Assembly (NCBI GenBank): GCA_963923945.1
Contig: OZ000551.1
Location: forward strand, 335,671 to 399,670
From: Alphaproteobacteria bacterium
GTDB lineage: Bacteria; Pseudomonadota; Alphaproteobacteria; G963923945
Length of the DNA stretch: 64,000 nt
Reading direction: 5' to 3'
The notes below the pieces were generated by a model, which ran no database searches, had not been told where the DNA came from, and saw only the letters and a list, made by a program, of their open reading frames with translations. Positions 48,445 to 59,547 of the stretch are shown piece by piece. How positions within the stretch are numbered: position 1 is the first letter of the stretch; each line of letters starts with the position of its first letter. The translations under genes were made by a program, and so were the position numbers.

Positions 48445-49182
48445 ATGCCGCGCTATAAAGTGGTGATTGAATATGATGGTAGCCTCTTTGTCGGCTGGCA
48501 ACGCCAGGAAAATGGACTCTCGGTTCAGGAAGTCCTGGAAACAGCTGCCGTGAAACTCTGCGGTGTCCCGGTTACTTTTTTTGCCGCCGGACGCACCGAT
48601 GCCGGGGTCCATGCCTGGGGCCAGGTGGCCCATATTGACTGGCCACAAACAATCCCCGAACAGACATTATGCAACGCCATCAATCATCATTTGGGCGACC
48701 ATCGGGTGGCGGTGCTGCATGCTGAATGGACCGATGATGCTTTTGATGCCCGCCTTTCGGCCCGCCAGCGGGCCTATCATTATCGAATCATCAATCGCCG
48801 CGCCCCCTTGACCATGGATACAGGGAAAGCTTGGCAGATTGCTTCTCCCTTGGATGTTGAGGCCATGCAAGCGGCCGCCGATCTCCTGGTCGGCCACCAT
48901 GATTTTACATCGTTTCGCTCAACCCATTGTATGGCCCGCTCACCACTTAAAACCCTGGATCAGTTGGCTGTGACCCGAAGTGGTGATGAAATCCGGATTG
49001 AGGCGCGGGCGCGTTCCTTCATGCATAACCAGGTGCGGATTATTGCCGGAAGCCTCAAGCGGGTTGGGGAAGGAAAATGGCAGAGCGCGGATATGGGCAA
49101 GGCTCTGGCAGCCCGTGATCGCTCTGCTGCTGGACCAACCGCGCCCCCCCAGGGCCTCTATCTACTCGAGGTGGTGTATTGA
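48445..49182 (+). CDS. truA: tRNA pseudouridine(38-40) synthase
   Basis: N-terminal YKVVIEYDGSLFVGWQRQ and catalytic Asp region (FFAAGRTDAGVHA). Confidence 0.9.
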   Translation: MPRYKVVIEYDGSLFVGWQRQENGLSVQEVLETAAVKLCGVPVTFFAAGRTDAGVHAWGQVAHIDWPQTIPEQTLCNAINHHLGDHRVAVLHAEWTDDAFDARLSARQRAYHYRIINRRAPLTMDTGKAWQIASPLDVEAMQAAADLLVGHHDFTSFRSTHCMARSPLKTLDQLAVTRSGDEIRIEARARSFMHNQVRIIAGSLKRVGEGKWQSADMGKALAARDRSAAGPTAPPQGLYLLEVVY

Positions 49183-49191
49183 TGAAAAATC

Positions 49192-50364
49192 CTAAGCAAA
49201 AAAAGCCTCAAGAAAAGAGCAATAAATCGCAGTCAAGGAATTGATATCGCTGAGTGGGACCTGTTCATCAATCTGATGCATACTCGAGCCAACCAGGCCA
49301 AATTCCACCACCGGGCAATAAGCCTGAATAAAGCGGGCATCCGAAGTGCCCCCGGTTGTCCCGCGTTGGGGTTGGCGTCCGGTCACCTTGACAACGGCTT
49401 GGGTTAGGAGATCACACAAAGGGCCAGGGGATGAAAGAAAGGATTCGCTGCTGGTGGTGATATCCAGCCCATAATCCTGTAATGATGCCGCGCACCGCTC
49501 ACGGAGCCACTCTTCCAGAGACGAACCGCTATGCTGATCATTGAAGCGGATATTGATCTGGGCCACCGCCTGGGCGGGGATCACATTGCCCGCTTGATTG
49601 CCCACATCAATCGAGGTGATCTGCAAGCGTGACGGTTCAAAATAAGGGCTCCCTTGATCGAGTTCAACCGCCAGCAGATCACCCAAGAAAGCAACCAATT
49701 CAGGGATAGGATTGCGGGCCCGTTCAGGATAAGCGACATGTCCTTGCACACCGCACACCGCCAAACGGGCGTTCAGGCTGCCGCGGCGTCCAACCTTGAT
49801 CATATCCCCCAAAACGCTGGAATTGGTCGGTTCACCGACCAGGCAGGCATCAAAATGCTCCCCCGCGCCAGCCAATTCTTTCAACGCTCGAGCCGTGCCA
49901 TTGACCGCCCGGCCTTCTTCATCACTGGTGACCAAGATGCTGATGGTCCCGGCAAAATCACCCCCACAATGGTCAAGAAATTGACCCACCGCGGCAACAA
50001 AACAGGCAACCGCGGTTTTCATGTCGCAGGCCCCACGTCCGTAAAGAATGCCCTCTTCGATCATGGCAGCAAAAGGCGGATGCCGCCAAGCGGCCTCATC
50101 ACCCGCCGGCACAACATCCAGATGACCAGAAAAACAAAGATGCCGACCAGCCCGACCATCACGCTGACCATCACGCCGGGCATAAAGATTATGGACGTGT
50201 TCGCCAGCATTTTTTCCCTGGGATTCGGCAAAAACCAAATCCCGACAGGAAAACCCCCATTGCTCCAGAGGGGCGCGCACCACCTCCATCACCCCTTCTG
50301 TTTGTGGGGTGATGCTCGGACAGCGGATCAATGATTGCGCCAAGGCAACCGCATCCATATTCAC
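49192..50364 (-). CDS. dapE: succinyl-diaminopimelate desuccinylase (M20 peptidase)
   Basis: N-terminus (ALAQSLIRCPSITP), metal ligands (GHLDVVP, GACDMK), dimerisation domain. Confidence 0.9.
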   Translation of the reverse strand: MNMDAVALAQSLIRCPSITPQTEGVMEVVRAPLEQWGFSCRDLVFAESQGKNAGEHVHNLYARRDGQRDGRAGRHLCFSGHLDVVPAGDEAAWRHPPFAAMIEEGILYGRGACDMKTAVACFVAAVGQFLDHCGGDFAGTISILVTSDEEGRAVNGTARALKELAGAGEHFDACLVGEPTNSSVLGDMIKVGRRGSLNARLAVCGVQGHVAYPERARNPIPELVAFLGDLLAVELDQGSPYFEPSRLQITSIDVGNQAGNVIPAQAVAQINIRFNDQHSGSSLEEWLRERCAASLQDYGLDITTSSESFLSSPGPLCDLLTQAVVKVTGRQPQRGTTGGTSDARFIQAYCPVVEFGLVGSSMHQIDEQVPLSDINSLTAIYCSFLEAFFA

Positions 50365-50432
50365 CGTCCAATCTCCATCCGGTTACAGAGAAAAGGGAAA
50401 ACAGACATAAGGTTCATAAAATTTATGGGGGT

Positions 50433-51293
50433 TCATGTCCGCAGGAGGTCATTAATCGCGGTTTTTTTGCGGGTTTTTTCATCGACTTGTTTGACGATCA
50501 CCGCACAATACAAACTCGGACCCGGGGAACCATCGGCTAGAGGCTGCCCTGGCAACGCGCCAGGAACCACCACCGAGTAGGCCGGGACCCGACCATAGGT
50601 GATCACACCGCTGGCCCGATCGATAATCTTGGTTGATGCGCCGATATAGACCCCCATAGAGATGACGCTGCCCACCTCGACAATCACCCCTTCAGCAATT
50701 TCCGAACGCGCGCCGATGAAACAATCATCCTCAATGATCACCGGGGCGGCCTGCAACGGCTCCAACACGCCACCGATTCCCGCGCCACCGGAAATATGAC
50801 AATCGCGGCCAATTTGGGCACATGAACCCACCGTTGCCCAGGTATCAATCATTGAACCGGGGCCAACATAGGCCCCGATATTGACAAAGCAGGGCATCAA
50901 AACGACATCTTCAGCCACATAGGCCGAATAACGTACAGTTGCCGGCGGAACCGCGCGATACCCAGCTTTTTTCCAATGGTCCAACGACCAGCCAGCCGAT
51001 TTAGGCGCTACCTTATCATACCAACTGCTGGCCCCATGATGCTGATCATCACACGGCCCGCCATCCATGAGACGGTTATCATTCAAACGAAAAGAAAGCA
51101 GGACGGCTTTTTTCAACCATTCATGCACCCGCCAGATGCCATCAATTTTTTCAGCCACCCGCCACACCCCAGAATCTAATTTTTCCAGACAGTGGTCAAC
51201 CGCTTGACGAATATCACCATCGGTATGCGGGGTGATATCATGCCGTTGTTCCCAGGCGGCTTCGATGATGGCTCTTGGAGAAGGATGCGACAT
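50433..51293 (-). CDS. dapD: 2,3,4,5-tetrahydropyridine-2,6-dicarboxylate N-succinyltransferase
   Basis: Conserved N-terminal helical domain ([35 protein letters not shown]) and hexapeptide-repeat C-terminus. Start at internal Met MSHPSP. Confidence 0.9.
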   Translation of the reverse strand: MSHPSPRAIIEAAWEQRHDITPHTDGDIRQAVDHCLEKLDSGVWRVAEKIDGIWRVHEWLKKAVLLSFRLNDNRLMDGGPCDDQHHGASSWYDKVAPKSAGWSLDHWKKAGYRAVPPATVRYSAYVAEDVVLMPCFVNIGAYVGPGSMIDTWATVGSCAQIGRDCHISGGAGIGGVLEPLQAAPVIIEDDCFIGARSEIAEGVIVEVGSVISMGVYIGASTKIIDRASGVITYGRVPAYSVVVPGALPGQPLADGSPGPSLYCAVIVKQVDEKTRKKTAINDLLRT

Positions 51294-51521
51294 ACAAAAA
51301 ACCAAAGATCAAAAAACCAAAGATGAAACACAGAAGAAAAAAGACCACGCCTTAAACCCATGCTAGACTCGGGCTAAGGCAATCCATCAAGACCACTCTT
51401 GAAGACCCGCTTTGTAAAAACCGTTATTGGCCCCAAGTCGGGGCACTTTGATCCAGACGCTGCCGCCTGTCAACGGCACCTCACAATGTGTCAGAGATCG
51501 GGCTGATGAAGCCAGGATTCG

Positions 51522-52208
51522 TCACCACATATCGGGACTGGGGGCTTGCTGTTGCAGCACAGCCTCAATCCAGCCGACTAAATCATCGGTGATATGGTCA
51601 ATTTGTTGTCCTTCTGTTTGCTCTCCAACCGCATGGATATGGTTACGCACCCACACCGTGGTCATACCCAGATCAGCAGCTGGAGCCAGATTACGGGGAA
51701 TATCTTCAAAAAAAATGCTGCGCGACGGCTCAATATTGTAACGTTTCAGCAACCGCTGATAGGTTTGCGGGTCTGGTTTGGGTCGATAATTGGCCTGAAT
51801 AATATCGAAAATACCAGAAAACGCCTCCTGAAAGCCCAGAAGGGCCAACAATTTATCGGCATAAGGCGCCACCCCGTTGGTAAAGATAAATTTTCGGCCC
51901 GGTAATTGAGACACTGCCCGAGCCAAAGAAGGGGCCGCCACAACGGACGAAAAGTCAATATCATGAACATAATTGAGGAAAGCCTGCGGATCAGCGCCAT
52001 GATGAAGCATCAAGCCATGCAACGCAGTCCCATAACGCTGAAAATATTCTTCTTGCAGACGCTTGGCTTCATCAAGCGATACACCAAGCTCCCGTTCAAT
52101 ATAGCCGCATATACGGGCATTGATCTGCGAAAAAATACCGCTTTCAGCCGGATAAAGGGTGTTATCAAGATCAAACACCCAAGACTCAATATGAGAAAGA
52201 TTTAGCAT
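51522..52208 (-). CDS. HAD-superfamily hydrolase (pyrimidine 5'-nucleotidase type)
   Basis: HAD motif I (VFDLDNTLY) and motif IV (FFEDIPRNL). Confidence 0.75.
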   Translation of the reverse strand: MLNLSHIESWVFDLDNTLYPAESGIFSQINARICGYIERELGVSLDEAKRLQEEYFQRYGTALHGLMLHHGADPQAFLNYVHDIDFSSVVAAPSLARAVSQLPGRKFIFTNGVAPYADKLLALLGFQEAFSGIFDIIQANYRPKPDPQTYQRLLKRYNIEPSRSIFFEDIPRNLAPAADLGMTTVWVRNHIHAVGEQTEGQQIDHITDDLVGWIEAVLQQQAPSPDMW

Positions 52209-52566
52209 AGAAAAAAGGACCAGTGTTAAATACTAACAAATAAATACGCAAACAAAAACAAACCATTTAACAATAATAAAGAAATATAGTTAAATAAAAA
52301 TCACAAAAGACGAAGGTGAGACAAAAATAACTGGATAAAAATTGTAAATGAAATCATCTCATACATAAAATGCGTGCTCTCTAACTAATAGAAGCAGCAT
52401 CCTTTCATCACCGCACCCGTCGGGCGACCAATCAGTGGTTGTCGCAACCATATGGGTTATCGATTATATTTTGGTTATCCATTATATTTTTCCCTATATC
52501 GGGTTAGCATAAGCAGCCTTTGACCACCAATACGGTTTTGTCTCTTGCTCTGGGAAAATTTCTAAA

Positions 52567-54327
52567 ATGAGTCCATCCAAGGCAGCCCGACCCTCCTCCA
52601 AGATGACCCGATCAAAGAGAGATCCCCGACCGGTTCTAAGGCCCGACTCGCACTCTAACAATGTGTGCGATGACGCAGCTCCATGCGATGATATGACATT
52701 GCAAACGGTTTTGCTCAGCTTGGGTGCCCATGCTTTGGCCATTGATCATGAGGCCCGATTGGTCTGGGCTGATCCAGCATTAAATCCGCTTTATCCAAGC
52801 TTGGCCGATGATGCGATTCGCGCCCGCATACGGGCTCAGATTGACCGTCTGCGTAACGGCCAACCGGCCGAACGTATCACCCTCAACCCCGCCAGCACCA
52901 AAACGGCCCGTCACTGGGAGATGGATATCTTCGCATGGACACCGCCAGCCAATACCACAAGCCGTATCGCGGCGGTCGCTTTATGCCGGGATTCTTCTTT
53001 GGAATATAATTTACGCTTGGCTCTTATGGAGTCGCGTCAACGCTATAAAGATTTGGTTGAATCCTCCAGCGATTTTACCTGGGAATGTGATCCTGAGGGG
53101 ACATTTATCTTTGTCTCACCTGGTGGTGCCTGGGGGTATGAGGCCGATGAATTGATTGGTCGGCGGGGTGATACTCTGCTCTTAGAGCGTGAGGAGGACT
53201 CTCCCTTCACCACCCGTCGACCGATTGAGAATATGGAGGTTTGGTTATGCTCCAAGGAGGGCCAAGATATTTGCGCCCTGGTTGCCTGTGTTCCGCTTTA
53301 TGACGATGATGATCAATGGCGTGGTGCGCGCGGGCTCTGCCGCGATATCACCGCCTTGCGGGAGCGTGAAAGAGAACTCGACCAAACCCGCCAACGCGAT
53401 TTATTGCTGGCCTATATTGTCCGGGCTATTCGGGATGTTGCCAACCCCAAAGATATGCTGAATGCGGCGGTTGCTGTGAGTGCCAAAGGTCTGGCTGCGC
53501 GGGCCTGTCGTTTGTATCGCTGTCAGGACAACAACTGTTGGCATCAAGCGGCTGAATATGGTGATCCACCTTCTGATACCGATATTCTTGAAACCCGTTT
53601 GAATGATCCAGGGACCCTGATTCGCCTTGATCATGCCACCCATCAACCGATTGCCTTAAAAACCCAATATCAGAGCCGAATCAACGGCGCCTTGGTTTTA
53701 TGGCGACGGGATGATCAAGAATGGAGCGAAGATGAAATAGACATTATCAGCGAGATTGCCAGCCAGTTGGGAATTGCCATTGAGCAGGCCGATCATCATG
53801 AAACACTTGAGCGACTGTCAACCCGTGACTCCTTGACCGGTCTTTATAATCGGCGGGCTTTTATGGATATCATGAAACGTCGGATTGCCCATATCCAGAG
53901 AACCCGGCGGCCTGGTGCTTTATGTTACATCGATTTTGATAATTTCAAAATTGTCAATGACTCGCGGGGGCATCAAGATGGTGACCGCGCATTAAAAAAG
54001 CTGTCTGAGCTGCTGGTCGAGCACACCCGAGCCAATGATCTGGTCGCTCGGCTTGGCGGTGATGAATTCGCATTATGGCTTGAAGAAACCAGTGAAAAAG
54101 GCGCAAAAGCCAGCGCGCGTAAATTACTGGAGCATTCCGGTTGTTTATCCTCTCTATCTGGCTCCCCCGATAAACCTTTGGGCATTTCGGTTGGTGTGGC
54201 GATTTATCATCCCGGTTCAAAAGAAAGCCTTCAATCTTTGCTGCAACGGGCTGATGAAGCCATGTATCGCATCAAAAAGAAAACCAAGGGAAATTTTGCT
54301 CTTGCTCCCCCAGCCAATAATGATTGA
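52567..54327 (+). CDS. diguanylate cyclase with N-terminal PAS/GAF-like sensor region (GGDEF domain protein)
   Basis: C-terminal GGDEF domain (RDSLTGLYNRRAF ... IDFDNFKIVNDSRGHQDGD ... ARLGGDEFALWL). The N-terminal start is uncertain (several in-frame Met). Confidence 0.85.
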   Translation: MSPSKAARPSSKMTRSKRDPRPVLRPDSHSNNVCDDAAPCDDMTLQTVLLSLGAHALAIDHEARLVWADPALNPLYPSLADDAIRARIRAQIDRLRNGQPAERITLNPASTKTARHWEMDIFAWTPPANTTSRIAAVALCRDSSLEYNLRLALMESRQRYKDLVESSSDFTWECDPEGTFIFVSPGGAWGYEADELIGRRGDTLLLEREEDSPFTTRRPIENMEVWLCSKEGQDICALVACVPLYDDDDQWRGARGLCRDITALRERERELDQTRQRDLLLAYIVRAIRDVANPKDMLNAAVAVSAKGLAARACRLYRCQDNNCWHQAAEYGDPPSDTDILETRLNDPGTLIRLDHATHQPIALKTQYQSRINGALVLWRRDDQEWSEDEIDIISEIASQLGIAIEQADHHETLERLSTRDSLTGLYNRRAFMDIMKRRIAHIQRTRRPGALCYIDFDNFKIVNDSRGHQDGDRALKKLSELLVEHTRANDLVARLGGDEFALWLEETSEKGAKASARKLLEHSGCLSSLSGSPDKPLGISVGVAIYHPGSKESLQSLLQRADEAMYRIKKKTKGNFALAPPANND

Positions 54328-54497
54328 GAATCATCATTGATTACTTTAATGATAACATTACGTTAACAATCATATCATCTTAATCATAACATTATGTTAA
54401 AAATGATATTGTCTTGCTCGCATTCCCTGACCGGACAAGCCGCCAGAAGCGATGATAACAAAAATCGCGACAACAGAAACAGTGGCAAAGGATAGCG

Positions 54498-56117
54498 GTG
54501 GTCGAAAATAGCGACATTGTCATCAATCTTCTCCAATCGCTGGCCAAGGGTGAACCGCTCAGCTACGGTGAAGAAAAACGTCTGGCCCGCCATGAGGATA
54601 GCCGGGTTCGCCGTCAGCTGGCGGCCCGTACCGATGGACGTCCGGAAATTCTATATTATCTGGCCGGGGACTCAGACAGTAAGGTTCGACGCGAAATCGC
54701 CATCAACAACAATGCGCCCCATCACGCCGATATTTTGCTGGCTCAGGATCATGATGTTGATGTGCGTTCTGATCTGGCGCTTAAAATTGGTCGCTTGGCG
54801 CCGAATCTGGCCCAATCACAATCAGATCATCTGGCTCAATTAACTGTTAAAGCCTTGGAAATTTTGGCCCGTGATGAAATCGTCAAAGTGCGTAAAATCC
54901 TCGCTGAAACCCTAAAAGATATTGCCCAAGCCCCACCGCATATTGTGCGCTGTTTGGCTGAAGATTCGGAACTGGAGGTCTGCGGACCGATTTTACGTTA
55001 TTCACCATTGCTTGACGAAAATGATCTTCTGGAAATTGTCCTTGGCAACCCGGCGCAAGGAGCTTTAGCGGAAATTTCCAAACGCACCCGCTTGCCGGAA
55101 GCCATCTGTGACGCCATTGTTGATGCCGGGCAGCGGGATGCCATCACCGCCTTGTTGAGCAATGAGAGCGCCCAAATTCGTGAAAAAACCCTTGATCACA
55201 TCATCAATCAAGCCCCAAGTCATCAAGAATGGCATGAACCATTGGCCAAACGCCCCGGCCTGAGCGCAAAAGCTGCCAAAAAAATCTCAACCTTTTTGGC
55301 CGATTCATTGCTTGAAGTGATGCGTTCGCGTACTGACTTCAATCCCGAAACATTAAACGCCGTGGAAAACGAATTCCGGCGCCGGTTGGCGGGCAACACC
55401 CCGGCCTCTCCTGATCCGATTCCAGAAACGCACGCTGAGGATCAACTCTCGTGGCAAGACTTCCTTTCCAAAGCCCGCCAACTCGATCAATCCGGAGCGC
55501 TTTCTGAGGACGTCATTCAGCAATCAGTGGACAATGGACAAAGCCATTTCGTTCTGGCCGCCTTAACTGTCAAAACCTCTCTGGCACCGGAATTGATTCG
55601 CCGCATTTTTGACTCAAAAAACCCGCAAGGGATTGTCGCCATTCTGCGTAAAGCCAAGATGAGCGCGCGCTTGACTCGCCTCATCCAAAAGAAAACAGCC
55701 CGGGTGCCGCCCAAAGATATCATTGACCCAGAAACCAACCCCATGAAAGAAGAAGATATTGAATGGCAAATCGGCTTGTTTAAGAAAATGTTTTCCTCTC
55801 GAAAAAGCCAAAAATCCAGCGACAAAAAGAAACCAAAAACCGATGATATTTATGATCCGCAATGGTCGAAGAAAAAAACACACCCTGCCGTAAAAGAGCT
55901 GGACTGGGAACGGCAATCCCAAACACCGCCATTCGATGATCAAAAAATCAAATCCCGAAAAGCCACGTTCCAGAAATCTCAATTCCGGGAAACCACGTCC
56001 GGGAAAACCGAAAACCAAAAAGTTCTTGAACCCGATTGGGCACAACCACAAAACACCCAAAATGGTGGCAAAAAACCATCCCAAACCATTGAGCCAGACT
56101 GGGCCACCAATGAATAA
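54498..56117 (+). CDS. HEAT/armadillo-like repeat protein (DUF2336-like) with low-complexity basic C-terminal tail
   Basis: Repeated (R/K)VRR.(I/L)A motifs (DSRVRRQLAARTD; DSKVRREIAINNNAP; DVDVRSDLALKI; IVKVRKILAETL). The C-terminus contains three EPDWA-type repeats. Confidence 0.5.
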   Translation: MVENSDIVINLLQSLAKGEPLSYGEEKRLARHEDSRVRRQLAARTDGRPEILYYLAGDSDSKVRREIAINNNAPHHADILLAQDHDVDVRSDLALKIGRLAPNLAQSQSDHLAQLTVKALEILARDEIVKVRKILAETLKDIAQAPPHIVRCLAEDSELEVCGPILRYSPLLDENDLLEIVLGNPAQGALAEISKRTRLPEAICDAIVDAGQRDAITALLSNESAQIREKTLDHIINQAPSHQEWHEPLAKRPGLSAKAAKKISTFLADSLLEVMRSRTDFNPETLNAVENEFRRRLAGNTPASPDPIPETHAEDQLSWQDFLSKARQLDQSGALSEDVIQQSVDNGQSHFVLAALTVKTSLAPELIRRIFDSKNPQGIVAILRKAKMSARLTRLIQKKTARVPPKDIIDPETNPMKEEDIEWQIGLFKKMFSSRKSQKSSDKKKPKTDDIYDPQWSKKKTHPAVKELDWERQSQTPPFDDQKIKSRKATFQKSQFRETTSGKTENQKVLEPDWAQPQNTQNGGKKPSQTIEPDWATNE

Positions 56118-56229
56118 ACAACACCAAAATCAATGATTGAGATGGATGATCAGTGATTGCCGATTGTAACGATGAACGGGTTTTAAGGCATGGTTCTAAG
56201 GGCGCGGACCCGCTGACCATTTAAACCCC

Positions 56230-57141
56230 TTAACGTCGCCGAATCATGGTGCCAGCACCATGCTCAGTAAACAATTCAATCAGCAACGCATGTGGCACCC
56301 GGCCATCCAGGATGACCGCCGCTTCGACCCCGCCTTGTACAGCCATGATACAGGTCTCAACCTTAGGGAGCATACCGCCTTTAATGCTCCCATCAGCGAT
56401 CAACCTCTGCGCATCTTGGACCGATAATTCAGTGAGTAAATGACCCTCTTGATCAAGAATGCCCTCAACATCGGTGAGCAAAAACAACCGCTTGGCAGTC
56501 ACTGCCTCGGCGATGGCTCCGGCCGCGGTATCCGCATTGATGTTATAGGTTTGTCGCTCATTTCCCACGCCAATCGGGGCAATGACCGGAATCAAATCCG
56601 ATTCTTTGAACAAATTGAGAATATATGGATTGACTTGCGTTGGCTCGCCAACAAACCCAAGATCAAGAACCTTTTCAATATTTGAGTCTTCATCACGGAC
56701 TCGGCGGGTCAATTTTTGGGCCAAAATCAAGCCGCCATCTTTTCCCGAAAGACCCAGCGCGGTGCCGCCTGCACACTGAATGTTCCAAACAATATCTTTA
56801 TTAATCGCTCCGGATAAAACCATTTCAACAATATCAACGGTTTCAGTATCGGTCACCCGCAAGCCATCAATAAAGCGGTTTTTGATTTTAAGCCGCTCAA
56901 GCATGTGGCCGATTTGCGGCCCCCCACCATGCACCACCACCGGATTGATACCCACTTGCTTCAACAGGACGATATCAGCAGCGAACAAACGGGCTAAATC
57001 GGCCTCTCCCATCGTCGAGCCACCAAATTTGATGACGAAAGAAGACCCCGCATAACGCCGCATAAAGGGCAGAGCTTGGGATAATGTTTTGGCCTGCTCC
57101 AGCCATTGATCTTGGTTGGTTGGGTTGATCTTGACCATCAC
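56230..57141 (-). CDS. argB: acetylglutamate kinase
   Basis: AAK family. VIKFGGS motif, VVHGGGPQI. Confidence 0.95.
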   Translation of the reverse strand: MMVKINPTNQDQWLEQAKTLSQALPFMRRYAGSSFVIKFGGSTMGEADLARLFAADIVLLKQVGINPVVVHGGGPQIGHMLERLKIKNRFIDGLRVTDTETVDIVEMVLSGAINKDIVWNIQCAGGTALGLSGKDGGLILAQKLTRRVRDEDSNIEKVLDLGFVGEPTQVNPYILNLFKESDLIPVIAPIGVGNERQTYNINADTAAGAIAEAVTAKRLFLLTDVEGILDQEGHLLTELSVQDAQRLIADGSIKGGMLPKVETCIMAVQGGVEAAVILDGRVPHALLIELFTEHGAGTMIRRR

Positions 57142-57531
57142 ACGACCTTATACGTGAATAGTGGATACATAAATGCTGGTAAAAATAAAATACGAAAAAA
57201 TAAGAGACCGCGTTTGACGTATTTTATCCTCAAATTTTATCCTCAAAAAAAGACGCTCTAAAATAGGCACGTCACAACATTATACTAGGCAAAAACATTC
57301 TGAATGACTAAGTAGAGGAAAGATATGGTACAATAGAGATAGAAAAGAGATAAAAGAGATGGAAAAGAGATAAAAAATGAGAAACGGATCAAACAATCAA
57401 TCCCTTTTCTTATTTGTATTGACTGAATAATAGACCGTCTGCAATCGTTTTCATTGATCATTTGGGTTGATTCTGTTCATTTTAACCAGGTTCATTCCAA
57501 CCCTATTCATTTTAACAGAGAGGATCCGGGC

Positions 57532-59256
57532 ATGAGTGAAGCCGCCCTTAACATAACTCCCGACCGCGTTGGCAATGAGGACGGGGTCACCCACTCTTTT
57601 GATCATGATCTTTCTGATTTGGCGGCTCTCCTATCGGCCTGCCAGGCAAGTCTGGGACCGGTTGGCGATGTCACGCGCGCGGCCCGGGAAGCGGTTAAGA
57701 CTCTGGTTATTGGCAGCAATGGTAAAATCGACCCCGCCGCCTTGGAACAGCATCAATATGCGGTCCACGGCTTGGCGTGGCTGGAAACCTATGACTGTGC
57801 CCTACGTGAGATGCATATTTGGGCACAGAGGCTGCAAGAAAATGGAAAATTGGGAACCCTTGAATCCCTGATTTTACGCTGTGCCTTTGGTGAATATCTG
57901 GCCCAAATCAAAGGCGGCATCATGATGAGCCAAAGTGAGGTGATCCGCTTGGCGGATATGGGTCTTTCAGACCATCAATGGGCCGCTTTGAACAGCCCAG
58001 AGATTGGTGCTCTGGTTGCTTCGGGGACCGCGGTTTCAACCCGTCTGAATCTGGCTGAAGCGATGGCCGATGGTTCATTCGGTGATCCTGGTTTGGGTGA
58101 TGAAACCCTGGATATGATTCGGGATCAGTTTCACCGCTTCAGTGATGAAGAGGTCCTCCCGCAGGCCCATGAATGGCATCTGGCCGACCGGTTGATCCCT
58201 CTTGATGTGATTGAAAAAATGTCTGATCTGGGGGTTTTCGGCTTGGCTATCCCGGAGGAATATGGTGGCTTAGGTATGGGTAAGGTTGCCATGTGCGTGG
58301 TAACCGAAGAATTATCACGCGGCTTTCTGGCTGCCGGTTCCTTGGGCACGCGGGCCGAAATTGCTGCTGAATTGATCCGTCTTGGTGGCACTGAAGAACA
58401 AAAAGCCACATGGTTGCCGCGGATTGCATCGGGAGAGGTTTTGACCACCGCCGTCTTTACCGAACCCAATACCGGTTCTGATCTGGGTTCCCTGGCGACA
58501 CGGGCCAAAAAAGACGGTGATGACTATGTGATCACCGGAGCCAAAACCTGGATTACCCACGGGGCGCGCTCCGATTTGATGACCGTGTTGGCCCGCACCG
58601 ACTCGCAAGAGAAGGGATATCGGGGTTTAAGTATGTTCCTGGCTGAAAAACCCCGTGGCAGTGACGATAATCCTTTCCCGGCTGATGGGATGAGCGGCGG
58701 TGAGATTGAGGTTCTGGGATATCGGGGGATGAAAGAATATGAGATCGCTTTTGATCAATTCCGCGTCCCGGCCGACAATCTACTCGGCCATATTGAAGGC
58801 CAGGGGTTTAAGCAGCTGATGGAAACATTCGAATCAGCGCGTATTCAAACCGCGGCCCGGGCGGTTGGAGTGGCGCAAAACGCCCTGGAGATTGGCTTGC
58901 GCTACGCCCAAGAACGCCGCCAATTCGGTAAAGCCATTGTTGCCTTCCCGCGTATTGCGGCCAAATTGGCCTGGATGGCGGTGGAAACAATGATTGCCCG
59001 CCAACTGACATATTTTTCAGCCCGGGAAAAAGATTCAGAAAGACGCTGTGATATTGAGGCTGGTATGGCTAAGCTCTTGGCGGCCCGGGTCGCCTGGTGT
59101 AATGCCGATAGTGCCCTGCAAATTCATGGTGGCAATGGCTATGCCTTGGAATACCCGATCAGCCGGATTCTTTGTGATGCGCGTATCTTGAATATCTTTG
59201 AGGGGGCAGCAGAAATTCAAGCGCAAGTGGTTGCGCGCGGCCTCATGACCCGCTAA
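57532..59256 (+). CDS. long-form acyl-CoA dehydrogenase family protein
   Basis: ACAD N-, middle and C-terminal domains (LGVFGLAIPEEYGGLGMG, TEPNTGSDLGSL, TWITHGA, IFEGAAEIQ). About 575-600 aa with N-terminal extension. Start probably at internal MSEAALNITP. Confidence 0.85.
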   Translation: MSEAALNITPDRVGNEDGVTHSFDHDLSDLAALLSACQASLGPVGDVTRAAREAVKTLVIGSNGKIDPAALEQHQYAVHGLAWLETYDCALREMHIWAQRLQENGKLGTLESLILRCAFGEYLAQIKGGIMMSQSEVIRLADMGLSDHQWAALNSPEIGALVASGTAVSTRLNLAEAMADGSFGDPGLGDETLDMIRDQFHRFSDEEVLPQAHEWHLADRLIPLDVIEKMSDLGVFGLAIPEEYGGLGMGKVAMCVVTEELSRGFLAAGSLGTRAEIAAELIRLGGTEEQKATWLPRIASGEVLTTAVFTEPNTGSDLGSLATRAKKDGDDYVITGAKTWITHGARSDLMTVLARTDSQEKGYRGLSMFLAEKPRGSDDNPFPADGMSGGEIEVLGYRGMKEYEIAFDQFRVPADNLLGHIEGQGFKQLMETFESARIQTAARAVGVAQNALEIGLRYAQERRQFGKAIVAFPRIAAKLAWMAVETMIARQLTYFSAREKDSERRCDIEAGMAKLLAARVAWCNADSALQIHGGNGYALEYPISRILCDARILNIFEGAAEIQAQVVARGLMTR

Positions 59257-59318
59257 TCCGTATCATCCATAAGGCCGGTTCATGCGCGCAAACGGTTAAC
59301 GTCAACGACAGGGTCGCC

Positions 59319-59513
59319 ATGCAAACTTTTCTCGGCATTCTTCTTGCCTTGGCAATGGGTGCCACCGTCGTCTCTCTCATGGCTGGCTTGGCATCAATGG
59401 GCAAACCGGCCAAATCTGGAAAAGCCGATAGCAACATCTGGATGCGGCGTCGGGTTGGCTTTCAACTCCTGGCTTTGATTATTTTGGGGCTGTTGTTTTT
59501 CCTTTATTCATAA
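59319..59513 (+). CDS. small two-TM membrane protein (twin transmembrane helix small protein-like)
   Basis: 64 aa. Two hydrophobic helices separated by a basic loop (GKPAKSGKADSNIWMRRR). Confidence 0.4.
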   Translation: MQTFLGILLALAMGATVVSLMAGLASMGKPAKSGKADSNIWMRRRVGFQLLALIILGLLFFLYS

Positions 59514-59547
59514 TTTTTCTCATACCGGCAAAAGGCCTTACTCTTTA

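Noticed and set aside
55614-56084. 156-aa minus-strand ORF
   Set aside because: Antisense to the Lys-rich tail of the HEAT-repeat gene. Phe/Gly-rich reverse-complement artefact.
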